DNA from: an uncultured Collinsella sp. | Lineage (GTDB): Bacteria > Actinomycetota > Coriobacteriia > Coriobacteriales > Coriobacteriaceae | Reading direction: 5' to 3' | Assembly: GCA_938011935.1 (NCBI GenBank) | Contig: CALLSU010000069.1 | Location: 7,106-71,105 of the forward strand | DNA: 64,000 nucleotides | The notes under the pieces: model-generated | Told to the model about the DNA's origin: nothing | The model's database searches: none | The model's input: the letters and a program-made list of their open reading frames with translations, nothing else | Program-made: the position numbers and the translations under genes | Shown: positions 53,533 through 63,300 of the stretch, in pieces | How the letters are laid out: each line of letters starts with the position of its first letter | How positions within the stretch are numbered: the stretch's first letter is position 1

Positions 53533-54900
53533 TTAGCGGGGGACGTAGCGGCCGGGTTGGGCTCCGGTGGGCTCGCCGTCGCGTGCCACCAGCACGCCGT
53601 TGACGTAGACGGCCTTGGCGCGGCCATGTGCCTCAAAGCCCTCGAGCGGCGTGTAGTCCACGGCCTGATGCTGCGTCGCGGCGCTGATCGTCCAACGCGC
53701 GCACGGATCCCACACGCACACGTCGGCATCGGCGCCCTCGGCAAGACAGCCCTTGCGCGGATACATGCCAAAAACGCGCGCCGGGTTCTCGCTCATCAAG
53801 CGGCACAGATCCTCGGGGCCCAGCTGTCCCTCAAAGCTCGTAGCGATCGCGACGGGACGATGCTCCACGCCGGGTCCGCCGTTGGGAATCGCGCGGAAGT
53901 CGTCGCGCCCGCGGTCCTTTTGCCCGTGCAGGTTAAAGCTACAGTGGTCGGTCGCAATCGTATCGATCTCGCCGGCCACAAGCGCCTCGCGCAGTGCCGC
54001 ACGGTCGCCGGCATGGCGCAGCGGCGGACTCATCACGTACTTGGCGCCCGCAAAGCCGTCCTCGCCCTGCTCCAAGTAGCACGTGTCGTCGAGCATCAGA
54101 TACTGAGGGCATGTCTCGACATAGATGTTCTTCTGCCCGCGCGCTTTGGCAGCGCGAATGGCCTCGAGCCCCAGCTTGGTCGAAAGGTGCACCACGTTGA
54201 CCGGAGCATCCCCGGCCAAGTGCGCCAGATACAGCAGCCGGCTCACTGCCTCGGCCTCGCACACGTCCGGACGGCTGAGCGCATGGCCCTCGGGCCCGTG
54301 GATACCCTGCTCAAACACGCGCTTCTGCAGTTCATTCACCAACGTGCCGTTCTCGCAATGCACGCACAGGATACCGCCCACGCGCTTGAGCTCCTCCAGC
54401 ACCTCGAGCGTCTCGGCATCGTCCAAGCGCAGATGGTCGTAGGCAAAGTAGGTCTTAAACGACGACACGCCCGCCTCGCGCATGGCCGAAAGATCGGCGC
54501 GGTTGCGCTCATTCCACTCGGCAAGCGCCATATGGAAGGCATAGTTGGCGGTGCAGGTGCCGTCGGCGCGATGATGCCACTCGACCAAGGCATCGGGCAT
54601 GGTCACGCCGCGATCAGCCGTCGCGTAGTCCACAATGGTCGTCGTGCCGCCGCAGGCAGCCGCGCGCGTGCCGGTCTCAAAGCTATCGGCTGTCCAATCC
54701 ATGCCGGTCCAGCACTGCATGTGCGTGTGGCCATCGATAAAGCCGGGAAACACCCAACAGTCGGTGGCGTCCTCGACGGTATCGCCCTCGCCCGGCTCGA
54801 TTGCCGCGGCAATCCGCACAATCTTGTCGCCCTCCATGGCAAGATCGGCGCGGCGAAGCCCCTGGGGCGTCACGAGTGCGCCGTTTTTGATGATGATCAT
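53533..54900 (-). CDS. hydA: Dihydropyrimidinase / D-hydantoinase (HydA/HyuA)
   Basis: PGFIDGHTH, GGTTT, SFK, VHCEN, ETCPQYL, MSPPLR, TDHC, PNGGPGVE. Confidence 0.9.
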   Translation of the reverse strand: MIIIKNGALVTPQGLRRADLAMEGDKIVRIAAAIEPGEGDTVEDATDCWVFPGFIDGHTHMQCWTGMDWTADSFETGTRAAACGGTTTIVDYATADRGVTMPDALVEWHHRADGTCTANYAFHMALAEWNERNRADLSAMREAGVSSFKTYFAYDHLRLDDAETLEVLEELKRVGGILCVHCENGTLVNELQKRVFEQGIHGPEGHALSRPDVCEAEAVSRLLYLAHLAGDAPVNVVHLSTKLGLEAIRAAKARGQKNIYVETCPQYLMLDDTCYLEQGEDGFAGAKYVMSPPLRHAGDRAALREALVAGEIDTIATDHCSFNLHGQKDRGRDDFRAIPNGGPGVEHRPVAIATSFEGQLGPEDLCRLMSENPARVFGMYPRKGCLAEGADADVCVWDPCARWTISAATQHQAVDYTPLEGFEAHGRAKAVYVNGVLVARDGEPTGAQPGRYVPR

Positions 54901-54909
54901 AATTGCTCC

Positions 54910-55524
54910 TTATTGATTGATGCAGTTGGCCACGCGATCAAAATACGAGCAGGCGGCGATATGCTCCGTTATGCGTCGCTGTCCCTTGACGGTATCGATG
55001 TCCCACAGCTCGTAGGCACGCGCCTCGACCAGCACCACGTCGGTACGGTCCTTGAGGATCGAACCGCCGCCGTCCTTACCCTCAAGACACATAAGTGCAT
55101 CGAACAGTTCCGCCGGAAAGAGCACCGGGCTCGAAGGCTCACCGTTGCACGCAAGACGCACCGGATGCTTGCGGCCACGCTCGTCAAATGCACGAACCAT
55201 AGCCTCAAAAGAATCCGAACTCACGAGCGGCTGGTCGCCCGGCAAAAAGAGGCAACCTTTCCAGTTGCGTTCGACTCCCCACGAAAGGCCCGCACGGACG
55301 CTTTCGCTGCGCAGCTCGCCATCGTGCAGCACGCACGGGCAATGCTTGTCATCACAAATCTGAGCGACCTCGGGCCAACGCGTCGAAACCACAACGTCAA
55401 AGCCCCGGGGAACCGAATCAATGGTCCGGGCAATCAGCGGCTCGCCATAGATATCGGCGAGCATCTTGTTAGAGCCAAATCGCTTGCCCTCGCCCGAAGC
55501 CATAATGACGCAACCAAGTTTCAT
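54910..55524 (-). CDS. mocA: Molybdenum cofactor cytidylyltransferase-like protein (MocA/YgfJ)
   Basis: MASGEGKRFGSNK, GDQP, P..F, GKDGG, DIDT; start trimmed to ATG 55524. Confidence 0.75.
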   Translation of the reverse strand: MKLGCVIMASGEGKRFGSNKMLADIYGEPLIARTIDSVPRGFDVVVSTRWPEVAQICDDKHCPCVLHDGELRSESVRAGLSWGVERNWKGCLFLPGDQPLVSSDSFEAMVRAFDERGRKHPVRLACNGEPSSPVLFPAELFDALMCLEGKDGGGSILKDRTDVVLVEARAYELWDIDTVKGQRRITEHIAACSYFDRVANCINQ

Positions 55525-55611
55525 GGCGATACCTCCCCTGAAACCATCGTACCCATAACTCGCGTCGCGGGGCATCTACATCGAAAGCGCTTATCCCGCA
55601 CGCCCACGATG

Positions 55612-55651
55612 CAAAAAGGGGCACCCCGCCGGTTGGCAGAGCGCCCCCTTT
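55612..55651 (-). terminator. Terminator-like hairpin after ygeW
   Basis: AAAGGGGGCGC...GTGCCCCTTTTTT on the minus strand. Confidence 0.6.
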
Positions 55652-55674
55652 ACATGGCTTACCTCAACCCAGCT

Positions 55675-56877
55675 TTAGGCCTGGAACCAACGGGCGGTGT
55701 TGCGCTCGTCGAGGGCCTTGAGGGTAGCGGCGGGATCGGCAACCTTCTGCAGGAACATCATGGCTGCGATGGCGTACGGCTTGTAGCTGGCCTCCTTGTA
55801 CATGCCCACGCGGTGCATGTCGAAGACGTCGGCGTTGACCTCGCCGTGCTCGCAAGAGACACCAGAGATGTCGGCGGGCAGCGGATGCATAAAGATAGTG
55901 TCCTGGCCGTTGGCGGTCTTCTCCATGAGCTCGGTCGTGGAGCACCAATCCTGATGGGTGGCGTTCTGAGCGAGCAGCTCCTTCTCGAGCGCAGCGATGC
56001 CGGCGTCGTCGCCCTCGGCGTACAGGTTGGTGCGCTTCTCCATGGCGGCAAACGGAGCCCAGCTCTTGGGGATCACGATGTCGGCGCCTTCGAAGGCCTC
56101 GGCCATGGTGTTGACCTGCTTAAAGGTGGTGCCGGACTCGGCGGCATAGCCCTTGGCGCGCTCGACGACCTCGGGCATGAGGTCGTAGCCCTCGGGGTGA
56201 GCCAGGGTGACGTCCATGCCAAAGCGGGGCAGCAGGCTGATCAGCGACTGCGGGCAGGACAGCGGCTTGCCGTAAGAGGGCGAATAGGCCCAGGTGACGG
56301 CAACCTTCTTGCCCTTGAGGTTCTCGAGGCCGCCAAACTCGTTGATGAGGTAGAGCATGTCGGCAGAGGACTGCGTGGGGTGATCGGAGTCGGACTGCAA
56401 GGAGATGAGCGTGGGACGGTGATCCAGAACGCCGTCCTCGTAGGCCTGCTGGACAGACTCGGAGACCTCGGCCATGTAGGCGTCGCCCTTGCCGATGTAC
56501 ATGTCATCGCGGATGCCGATGACGTCGGCCATGAAGGAGATCATGGTAGCGGTCTCGCGGACGGTCTCGCCGTGAGCGATCTGGGACTTCTTCTCGTCCA
56601 GGTCCTGCAGCTCAAGGCCGAGCAGGTTGGCTGCCTTAGAGAAGGAGAAGCGCGTACGGGTGGAGTTGTCACGGAACAGGGAGACGGCCAGACCCGAATC
56701 GAAGATCTTGGACGAAACGTTGTTCTCGCGCAGCTCGCGCAGGGCGTCGGCGACGATGTAGAGCGCCTTGAGCTCATCGGTGGTCTTATCCCAGGTGTGC
56801 AGGAAGTCGCTGCCGTACATGCCCTTAAAATCGAGGCCGTTCAGCTGCTCGACGAGCTCGGTAAACTTGGCGTCCAT
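55675..56877 (-). CDS. ygeW: Knotted carbamoyltransferase YgeW
   Basis: FRDNSTRTRFS, HGETVRET, HPTQ, WAYSPSYGKPLS, HPLPADI; start trimmed to ATG 56877. Confidence 0.92.
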   Translation of the reverse strand: MDAKFTELVEQLNGLDFKGMYGSDFLHTWDKTTDELKALYIVADALRELRENNVSSKIFDSGLAVSLFRDNSTRTRFSFSKAANLLGLELQDLDEKKSQIAHGETVRETATMISFMADVIGIRDDMYIGKGDAYMAEVSESVQQAYEDGVLDHRPTLISLQSDSDHPTQSSADMLYLINEFGGLENLKGKKVAVTWAYSPSYGKPLSCPQSLISLLPRFGMDVTLAHPEGYDLMPEVVERAKGYAAESGTTFKQVNTMAEAFEGADIVIPKSWAPFAAMEKRTNLYAEGDDAGIAALEKELLAQNATHQDWCSTTELMEKTANGQDTIFMHPLPADISGVSCEHGEVNADVFDMHRVGMYKEASYKPYAIAAMMFLQKVADPAATLKALDERNTARWFQA

Positions 56878-57078
56878 GTAAATGTCCTTTCCAAAGATGA
56901 AACGATCGCAATGAGTAGATGTGCTCCGGCATGCGCGTGTGGCTAGAACATGCAGAGCACTATGACGAGGACCCGCTACCGTTGAGGAAGCATGGGAGAT
57001 AACGACCGCGGGCCCCAAGTCAACAGGGGGTGCCGGGGACACGAGCTGTCCCCGGCTCAACAAGATCGAGGAATGGGA

Positions 57079-58464
57079 CTAATCGATCTTGTTGTTGGTC
57101 AGACCGGCGCGGAACACGGTGGCGTCGCCATCGGCCTGGCTCGGATCGTAGAGGTTCAGGGCAGCCACATACATGGCGGCAGCGGTGACCAGGTCGTCCT
57201 TGTAGGTGACCTCGTTGGGAGCGTGAGCCTGAGACTCGGCACCCGGGCCGAAGCCGACGCAGGGGATGCCATAGCGGCCCTGGATGGAAACGCAGTTCGT
57301 GGAGAAGGTCCACTTGTCGCACAGCGGACGACCGGTGCGCTTGTCCATGCTGGGCTCGCAGCCGATGCGCTCGTCACCGAACATGGCCTTGTGGGCGTCG
57401 ACGAGGGCCTTGACGTGCGGAGCGGTCTCCTTGTTGATCCACGTGGGGAAGTAAGCCTCGGTCTCGTAGACCTCGCCGGTCCAGGACGGACGGTCGTACA
57501 TGTACATGGAGACCTTCACGTCGTCGCCGTACTTCTTGGCGGCCGGCAGGTTGCGAATCTCGTCCAGGCAGGACTCCCAGGTCTCACCGGCGGTCATGCG
57601 ACGGTCGATGGAGATGGCACAGGAGTCGGCCACGGCGCAACGGCTGGGGCTGGTGTAGAAGATCTGGCTGACGGTGCAGGTGCCGCGGCCCAGGAAGCGG
57701 GCATCCTCGAAGTGCTCGGGGTTGTACTTGGGGTCGAGCATCTTGACGAGGCCCTTGATGTCGGTCGACTCGTCGCAGCCGTTGTTGTTGAGGGCGCGGA
57801 CGTCGGCGATGATGTCGGCCATCTTGTAGATGGCGTTATCGCCGCGGTCGGGGGCGGAACCGTGGCAGGAGGTGCCGTGAACATCGACGCGGATCTCCAT
57901 GCGGCCGCGGTGACCGCGATAGATGCCGCCGTCGGTGGGCTCGGTGGAAATGACGAACTCGGGCTTAATGCCGTCCTTGTTGTAGATGTACTGCCAGCAC
58001 ATGCCGTCGCAGTCCTCTTCCTGGACGGTGCCGACGACCATGATCTTGTAGCCCTCGGGGATGAGGCCCATGTCCTTCATCATCTTGGCAGCGTAAGTAG
58101 CAGAAGCCATGCCGCCCTCCTGGTCGGAGCCGCCGCGACCGTAGATGATCTCGTCGGTCTCGTAGCCCTCATAGGGATCGGCATCCCAGTTCTCGATGTT
58201 GCCGATGCCGACGGTGTCGATGTGGGAGTCGATGGCGATGATCTTGTCGCCCTCGCCCATAAAGCCCATAACGTTGCCCAGGCCGTCGACCTTGACCTCG
58301 TCATAGCCAAGGCTCTCCATCTCGGCCTTGATGCAAGCGACAACCTCACCCTCCTCGCAGGACTCAGAGGGATGGGAGATCATAGCGCGCAGGAAGCGAG
58401 TCATATCAGCACGATGAGACTCAGCCGCAGCCTTGATAGCGTCGAAATCGAGTTCTTTAGCCAT
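57079..58464 (-). CDS. ygeY: YgeY-family M20 metallohydrolase
   Basis: [49 protein letters not shown]. Confidence 0.9.
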   Translation of the reverse strand: MAKELDFDAIKAAAESHRADMTRFLRAMISHPSESCEEGEVVACIKAEMESLGYDEVKVDGLGNVMGFMGEGDKIIAIDSHIDTVGIGNIENWDADPYEGYETDEIIYGRGGSDQEGGMASATYAAKMMKDMGLIPEGYKIMVVGTVQEEDCDGMCWQYIYNKDGIKPEFVISTEPTDGGIYRGHRGRMEIRVDVHGTSCHGSAPDRGDNAIYKMADIIADVRALNNNGCDESTDIKGLVKMLDPKYNPEHFEDARFLGRGTCTVSQIFYTSPSRCAVADSCAISIDRRMTAGETWESCLDEIRNLPAAKKYGDDVKVSMYMYDRPSWTGEVYETEAYFPTWINKETAPHVKALVDAHKAMFGDERIGCEPSMDKRTGRPLCDKWTFSTNCVSIQGRYGIPCVGFGPGAESQAHAPNEVTYKDDLVTAAAMYVAALNLYDPSQADGDATVFRAGLTNNKID

Positions 58465-58536
58465 TGTTCATAACCTTTCAAACGAAGGAATCTACCTGTG
58501 AGGTGGCGGAGCGATACCTATTTACTCCGCCCAGTA

Positions 58537-59751
58537 TTAGCAAGTGGGGTATTCGCCTTCCCAGACGATGCGACGGTACTGATCCGGATCCGTGTCACCT
58601 TCCGTGGAGAAGCAGAGCACGGAGCTCGTCTTGTCCAGGCCGATGAGCTCCTTGAGCTCGGCGTACTCGGAATCGAGCATAAGGGTCTCGACCAGACCGG
58701 TGGTCACGGCGCCGGACTCGCCGGAGATAACGCGCGGGTCGCCCTTCTCGGGAGCGCCCAGGGTGCGCATGCCGCGAGCGGTGACCCAGTCGGGGCAGGA
58801 CACGAAAGCGGTGGTGTGGTTGCGCAGGATATCCCAACCCAGGATGTTGGGCTCGCCGCAGCACAGGCCGGCCATGATGGAGGGCATGTCGCCGTCCACG
58901 ATGCGCGGATCGCCGTCGCCGGCGGCAGCGCCCTTGTACAGGCAGGCGGCAGGCGCGCACTCGACCACGACGAAGGTGGGCGGGTTATCGGGATACAGGT
59001 TGGTGAAGTAGCCCACCACGGCGCCGGCGAGCGAGCCCACGCCAGCCTGGACAAAGACGTGCGTCGGGCGGTTGATGGCCATCTCGCGCAGCTGCTCGGC
59101 AGCCTCGGAAGCCATGGTGCCGTAGCCCTCCATGATCCAGGACGGGATCTTCTCGTAGCCCTCCCAGGCGGTATCCTGAACGATGACGCCGCGCTCGCAG
59201 GCGTCGGCCTCGGCGGCGGCCATGCGCACGCACTCGTCGTAGTTGACCTCTTCGATGGTCACCGTGGCGCCCTCGGCGGCGATGTTATCAAAGCGGGGCT
59301 TGGTGGAACCCTTGGGCATGTGCACGACGGCCTTCTGGCCCAGCTTGTTGGCAGCCCATGCCACGCCGCGGCCATGGTTGCCGTCGGTGGCAGTAAAGAA
59401 GGTGGCCTGGCCAAAGTCCTTGGCAAGCTGATCGGAGGTCAGGTAATCGAAGGTGCACTCGGCAACGTCCTTGCCGGTCTCGTCGGCAATGTAGTTGGCC
59501 ATGGCAAACGAACCGCCCAGGACCTTAAAGGCGTTGAGGCCAAAGCGATAGCTCTCGTCCTTAACGCACAGGTTGGAAAGGCCCAGGCGCGCAGCCTGAC
59601 CATCCAGGCGGGCAAGCGGAGTGACGGTGTACTGGGGGAACGACTGGTGGAAGGCGCGGGCCTTCTTCACGTGGTCGAGGCTCATGATTCCCAAGTGCTT
59701 GTCATCGCTCTTGGGCATCGTGTTGCCCGCCCACTGGATCTTATCGGCCAT
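58537..59751 (-). CDS. dpaL: Diaminopropionate ammonia-lyase
   Basis: KDESYRFGLNAFKVLGG (PLP lysine), ATDGNHG, QDTAW, MAGLCCGEP, SGESG, STEGDTDP. Confidence 0.93.
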   Translation of the reverse strand: MADKIQWAGNTMPKSDDKHLGIMSLDHVKKARAFHQSFPQYTVTPLARLDGQAARLGLSNLCVKDESYRFGLNAFKVLGGSFAMANYIADETGKDVAECTFDYLTSDQLAKDFGQATFFTATDGNHGRGVAWAANKLGQKAVVHMPKGSTKPRFDNIAAEGATVTIEEVNYDECVRMAAAEADACERGVIVQDTAWEGYEKIPSWIMEGYGTMASEAAEQLREMAINRPTHVFVQAGVGSLAGAVVGYFTNLYPDNPPTFVVVECAPAACLYKGAAAGDGDPRIVDGDMPSIMAGLCCGEPNILGWDILRNHTTAFVSCPDWVTARGMRTLGAPEKGDPRVISGESGAVTTGLVETLMLDSEYAELKELIGLDKTSSVLCFSTEGDTDPDQYRRIVWEGEYPTC

Positions 59752-59843
59752 ACGGTGAACTCCTTAAGTCCTCTCTTGCCGGCCCCCGCATACGCGTTTC
59801 AGCCCGATCCCATTCACACGGCTGAACTTTTATGTGGATGCCA

Positions 59844-59909
59844 AACAAAAAGTTTGTTAGCACTGTTCTATCACACTTTTTGATTGGAAAGCCTAACAAA
59901 TTGTTTGTT
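59844..59909. promoter_or_regulatory. Two AACAAA-N3-TTTGTT palindromes (candidate operator) in the divergent promoter
   Basis: AACAAAAAGTTTGTT at 59844-59858 and AACAAATTGTTTGTT at 59895-59909. Confidence 0.6.
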
Positions 59910-60028
59910 GCCGTAATCGGTACCTTTTCGCCGCCGAACGGTCACATAACACAGCGACGCTTTCGTTATTTGCGAACAAGTGGGGTTTATGGCACAGTGA
60001 GCCCAAACTAATTTTTAGGAAGGCACCC

Positions 60029-60682
60029 ATGACCCCCGCACAGATTGAGTTCTACAAGCGCCTTGCACACGGCCTAGCGCTCCAATTTGGCCCCAACTGC
60101 GAAGTCGTCGTCCACGACCTGGAGACCGAGGACGTGGACCGCTCCATCGTAGTGATCGAAAACGGCCACGTCAGCGGGCGCAAACTGGGTGACGGCCCCA
60201 GCCATATTGTGCTTGAATCCATGCACGAGGGCACCGCCGACGTGCACGACCGCGAGCCGTACCTCACCAAAACCGCCGATGGCAAGCTGCTCAAGTCCTC
60301 GACCATCTTTATCCGCAACGATGAGGGCAAGCCCGTCGGCATTTTGGGCATCAACTTTGACATTACGCTTATGAAGGCTTTTGAGCGTTCGCTCGACGCC
60401 TTTACCGGCACCGGCGGCACGGGCTACACCGAGCCCGAGCCCATTACCAAGAACATCGGCGACCTGCTCGAGGACCTGCTGCACGAGTGCGAGCAGTTTG
60501 TGGGCAAGCCCGCGGCACTTATGACCAAAGATGAGCGCATTCGCGCCATCGGCTACCTCGACCGTCGCGGCGCCTTCCTCATTTCCAAGTCGAGCGAGCG
60601 CGCCTGCGAGTTCTTTGGCATCTCTAAGTACAGCTTCTATAGCTACCTCAATGAGGCCAAGGCGGCGGCCGGCGACAAGTAG
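60029..60682 (+). CDS. YheO-like PAS + HTH transcriptional regulator
   Basis: FGPNCEVVVHDL, IENGHVSGRK.GD, LKSSTIFIR, GINFD, GAFLI, SKYSFYSYL. Confidence 0.88.
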   Translation: MTPAQIEFYKRLAHGLALQFGPNCEVVVHDLETEDVDRSIVVIENGHVSGRKLGDGPSHIVLESMHEGTADVHDREPYLTKTADGKLLKSSTIFIRNDEGKPVGILGINFDITLMKAFERSLDAFTGTGGTGYTEPEPITKNIGDLLEDLLHECEQFVGKPAALMTKDERIRAIGYLDRRGAFLISKSSERACEFFGISKYSFYSYLNEAKAAAGDK

Positions 60683-60805
60683 GCACTCGCCTGGATTGCC
60701 CCTCCCCTTTTGGGCGCGAGTTCTGGAAAGCACGAATCCAAGACCGAGCCACTTGGGAAGTTCCATATAATCGATGTCATTAGTATTTCGAAAGGGTGGA
60801 ACAGA

Positions 60806-61792
60806 ATGGCGTTGAGCAAGGCATCATGCACCGGTCGCGGATTGATTCCGGCAATTGGTGGACATGTGCACCGCATGTTCGATGAGGGTGAAGACGACCT
60901 GTTTTCGCTGAGCCTTGACGACGTGATGGATGATCGCCCGTGGACCGCCGACGAACTCATGGGCGGCGGGGCTCGCCCGTCAAACCCCAATCCCGCACTT
61001 GCGCCTAAGACCGCATCTGCGCCGACTCCTGCGCAGTCGGCTGTTTCGACGCCCGCGCCTACGCCCGCACCCACTTCGGCGCCCACGCCCGCTCCCCGCC
61101 CCGCAAGCGACCCGTCCGAGACGGCAGCATTTCTCGCTGCAGCGACGCAGGGCAAATCGGCCGACAGCACCGTTATGTACAGCGCCCAGCAGTTGCCTGT
61201 TCCTGCGGCACGCAAGCCTCCGGTCGCAAGGCTCGACGAGCCCGTTGCCCATCAAGTTGCCTACGATTCCTGGGCTGCAACCGATCTGGATGAGACCTCT
61301 ACCGGCATGCCGGCGCTCGATGTTCCAGTTAACCCGCTTTTTGCCGCCAACACGAGCGCCGCGGACTATGAGGGCGGTGCGGCATATTCCGATTATTCCG
61401 ATGGCTATGCTGGCACCGGTCGCATCGAGACCGAGGATTATGGCACCGCATCGAGCGATTATCTCAACGATCCGTACGCTGCCACGCCTGCACCGGAATA
61501 TGACCCGGAGGCCGCGTCCGCGCCGGCGTATACCAAAAGCACGGGCGAAGAGCGCTTTGCCGATTATTACGCCGAGGAAAAGGCGCTGCGTTTCTCGGAA
61601 TTTCCGCAGGCAGTCAAGGTTGCCTTTATCGCCATTGTCATTGCCCTGCTCGGCGTCATTGCGTTTGAGGGATTCCGGCTGTTCTCCGGCCCCACCCAAG
61701 CGGAGTCGGCAACGCAGGAAAAAGAGGACGACAACCAGTACCTGGACATCAACACCCTCAAGGGCGACCCCAACGACGGAGACGACGAGTAG
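60806..61792 (+). CDS. Hypothetical acidic Pro/Ala-rich protein with a single C-terminal TM helix
   Basis: Long ORF with host-like codons; PAPT repeats; TM VAFIAIVIALLGVIAF; TATAAT at 60766; start uncertain. Confidence 0.6.
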   Translation: MALSKASCTGRGLIPAIGGHVHRMFDEGEDDLFSLSLDDVMDDRPWTADELMGGGARPSNPNPALAPKTASAPTPAQSAVSTPAPTPAPTSAPTPAPRPASDPSETAAFLAAATQGKSADSTVMYSAQQLPVPAARKPPVARLDEPVAHQVAYDSWAATDLDETSTGMPALDVPVNPLFAANTSAADYEGGAAYSDYSDGYAGTGRIETEDYGTASSDYLNDPYAATPAPEYDPEAASAPAYTKSTGEERFADYYAEEKALRFSEFPQAVKVAFIAIVIALLGVIAFEGFRLFSGPTQAESATQEKEDDNQYLDINTLKGDPNDGDDE

Positions 61793-61829
61793 CGAGGGTT
61801 AAGGGAGGGCCGGAAGAGCCGGCGGCATG

Positions 61830-63152
61830 TTACGGCTCCAAAAGCCCTGCCATAAAGATGGGCAGATACAGCACGTCACTATCGCGGTGAAGATTACATT
61901 CCGCAAGTACCAGGGCGCGATCGATTCCGTAGCCCTTCGTCGCGAGCGCGTTGTCGAGCGCCGCATGGGACTTAAAGCTCTTGCCCGACTTGACCTCGAT
62001 GGCAAGGACCTCCCCATCGAGCGTCTCCTCCACAAAATCGAGCTCGCCGACTTTTTTAGACGTAAAGTAGCGCAATCTGAATCCGTGGGCTTTGAGCTCT
62101 TGGGCAACGAAGCCCTCAAATGCCGCCCCCATGTTCATGCCAAAGGGGTCTTCCACCTCCCCATCAAAAACACCTTGGGCGACCTTCTTGGAATACGACG
62201 ACATGAGCATTCCGGTGTCCAAGTAAAACAGCTTAAAGAGATTTCGCTGCTCCCCCATTAAAAGAGGCGCTACCGGAGCTGTCACGTTATACACGGGAAG
62301 CGCGACACCCGCCTCCGAGAGCCAGAGAAAATGGTCTGTAACCTGCGAAAAGCGCTTAACACCGCTAATCGACGACAGCTTGAATCGCTTGTTTTTGGAG
62401 CCGGCCTCGCTGGGAATCAAATCATAGATATCACGAATAACCAAGCGCAGCTCGGGCGGAGCGTACTTTGCGATGTCATCGCGATACAGGGCGTGAAGAT
62501 CGCGGTGGATGTTTCGAACCTCGTCGACATTGCGCGTCGCCAAGAAGGAATTGACCGCGTCGGGCATGCCTCCCACCACCACATACTGATGGAACAGATC
62601 GAGCAAGCGGTCATACAGATAGTCGGGGAGCTCCTTTTCGTCCTTTAGACAACCCCTGAGCATCTCAAACGCTCCGGCAGCAACGCCGCTTGCCCAGCAG
62701 AACTCCTCAAAGTCGAGCGGGTACATCTGGACCTGCTCGACATACCCCACCGGCAGGGAATCGATGCCCTCGAGCTCAACGCCAAGGAGCGATCCGGTAA
62801 GGATGTATCGAAAGTCGCCGCGCTGGACCAGGTACTTGATAAACGTCACCACGTTGGGGCATCGCTGCACCTCGTCGATAACCACGACGGTCTTGTTCGC
62901 AACCATCGGCTGCGTCGCAGCGATAGACATGCGCATAAGCAGGTCATCCGCGCTTTTTGCCGCCAAAAACGAATCGCGCACGGACGCGTCGGCGATAAGA
63001 TCGAACGTCACGACGTTTTCGAACGATTCGTTTGCAAAGACGTTGACCAAATATGACTTTCCTACCTGTCGGGCGCCCTTGACCAAAAGAGCCTTGTTAG
63101 GCGATGAGGCAAGCCAAGATTCAAACTGTGCTTTCGCTTTTCTCTGCAGCAT
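61830..63152 (-). CDS. AAA+ ATPase (AAA_14/DUF4143 type) with a C-terminal PD-(D/E)XK-like motif
   Basis: GARQVGKS, IDEVQ, TGS, YPLDFEEF, VGGMP, KLFYLDTG, ELDF..AIEVKSG; start trimmed to ATG 63152. Confidence 0.88.
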   Translation of the reverse strand: MLQRKAKAQFESWLASSPNKALLVKGARQVGKSYLVNVFANESFENVVTFDLIADASVRDSFLAAKSADDLLMRMSIAATQPMVANKTVVVIDEVQRCPNVVTFIKYLVQRGDFRYILTGSLLGVELEGIDSLPVGYVEQVQMYPLDFEEFCWASGVAAGAFEMLRGCLKDEKELPDYLYDRLLDLFHQYVVVGGMPDAVNSFLATRNVDEVRNIHRDLHALYRDDIAKYAPPELRLVIRDIYDLIPSEAGSKNKRFKLSSISGVKRFSQVTDHFLWLSEAGVALPVYNVTAPVAPLLMGEQRNLFKLFYLDTGMLMSSYSKKVAQGVFDGEVEDPFGMNMGAAFEGFVAQELKAHGFRLRYFTSKKVGELDFVEETLDGEVLAIEVKSGKSFKSHAALDNALATKGYGIDRALVLAECNLHRDSDVLYLPIFMAGLLEP

Positions 63153-63185
63153 AAGCGTACCCCTTATTACGTGCTGTTTTAGCAC

Positions 63186-63300
63186 TAGGATACACTTTTC
63201 CGTGGTTGTTAGGCGCTCATTTCGACACTTTTCGAAGCTTTAAAGTGTGTATTTCGACATTTTTCCGTACTTATATGCAGGATATTTCGACACTTTTTCG
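63186..63300. repeat. Four direct repeats ATTTCGACACTTTTC(G/C) at 32-33 bp period
   Basis: Copies start at 63219, 63251 and 63284, with a partial copy near 63186; the ACA(C/T)TTTT cores are 33, 32 and 33 bp apart. Confidence 0.8.

Noticed and set aside
53518..56946. Very long antisense ORFs (1142 aa here; also 926 aa opposite secA and 641 aa opposite xdhC/yqeB)
   Set aside because: Shadow frames of GC-rich genes; no motifs, and the opposite strand encodes clearly recognisable proteins
50825..59751. Selenocysteine (in-frame TGA) recoding in the Se-Mo cluster
   Set aside because: All the genes translate full length without internal stops
63186..63300. CRISPR array
   Set aside because: Repeats and spacers are too short (~16 nt each), repeats are degenerate and no cas genes are present; reported as a phased repeat array instead
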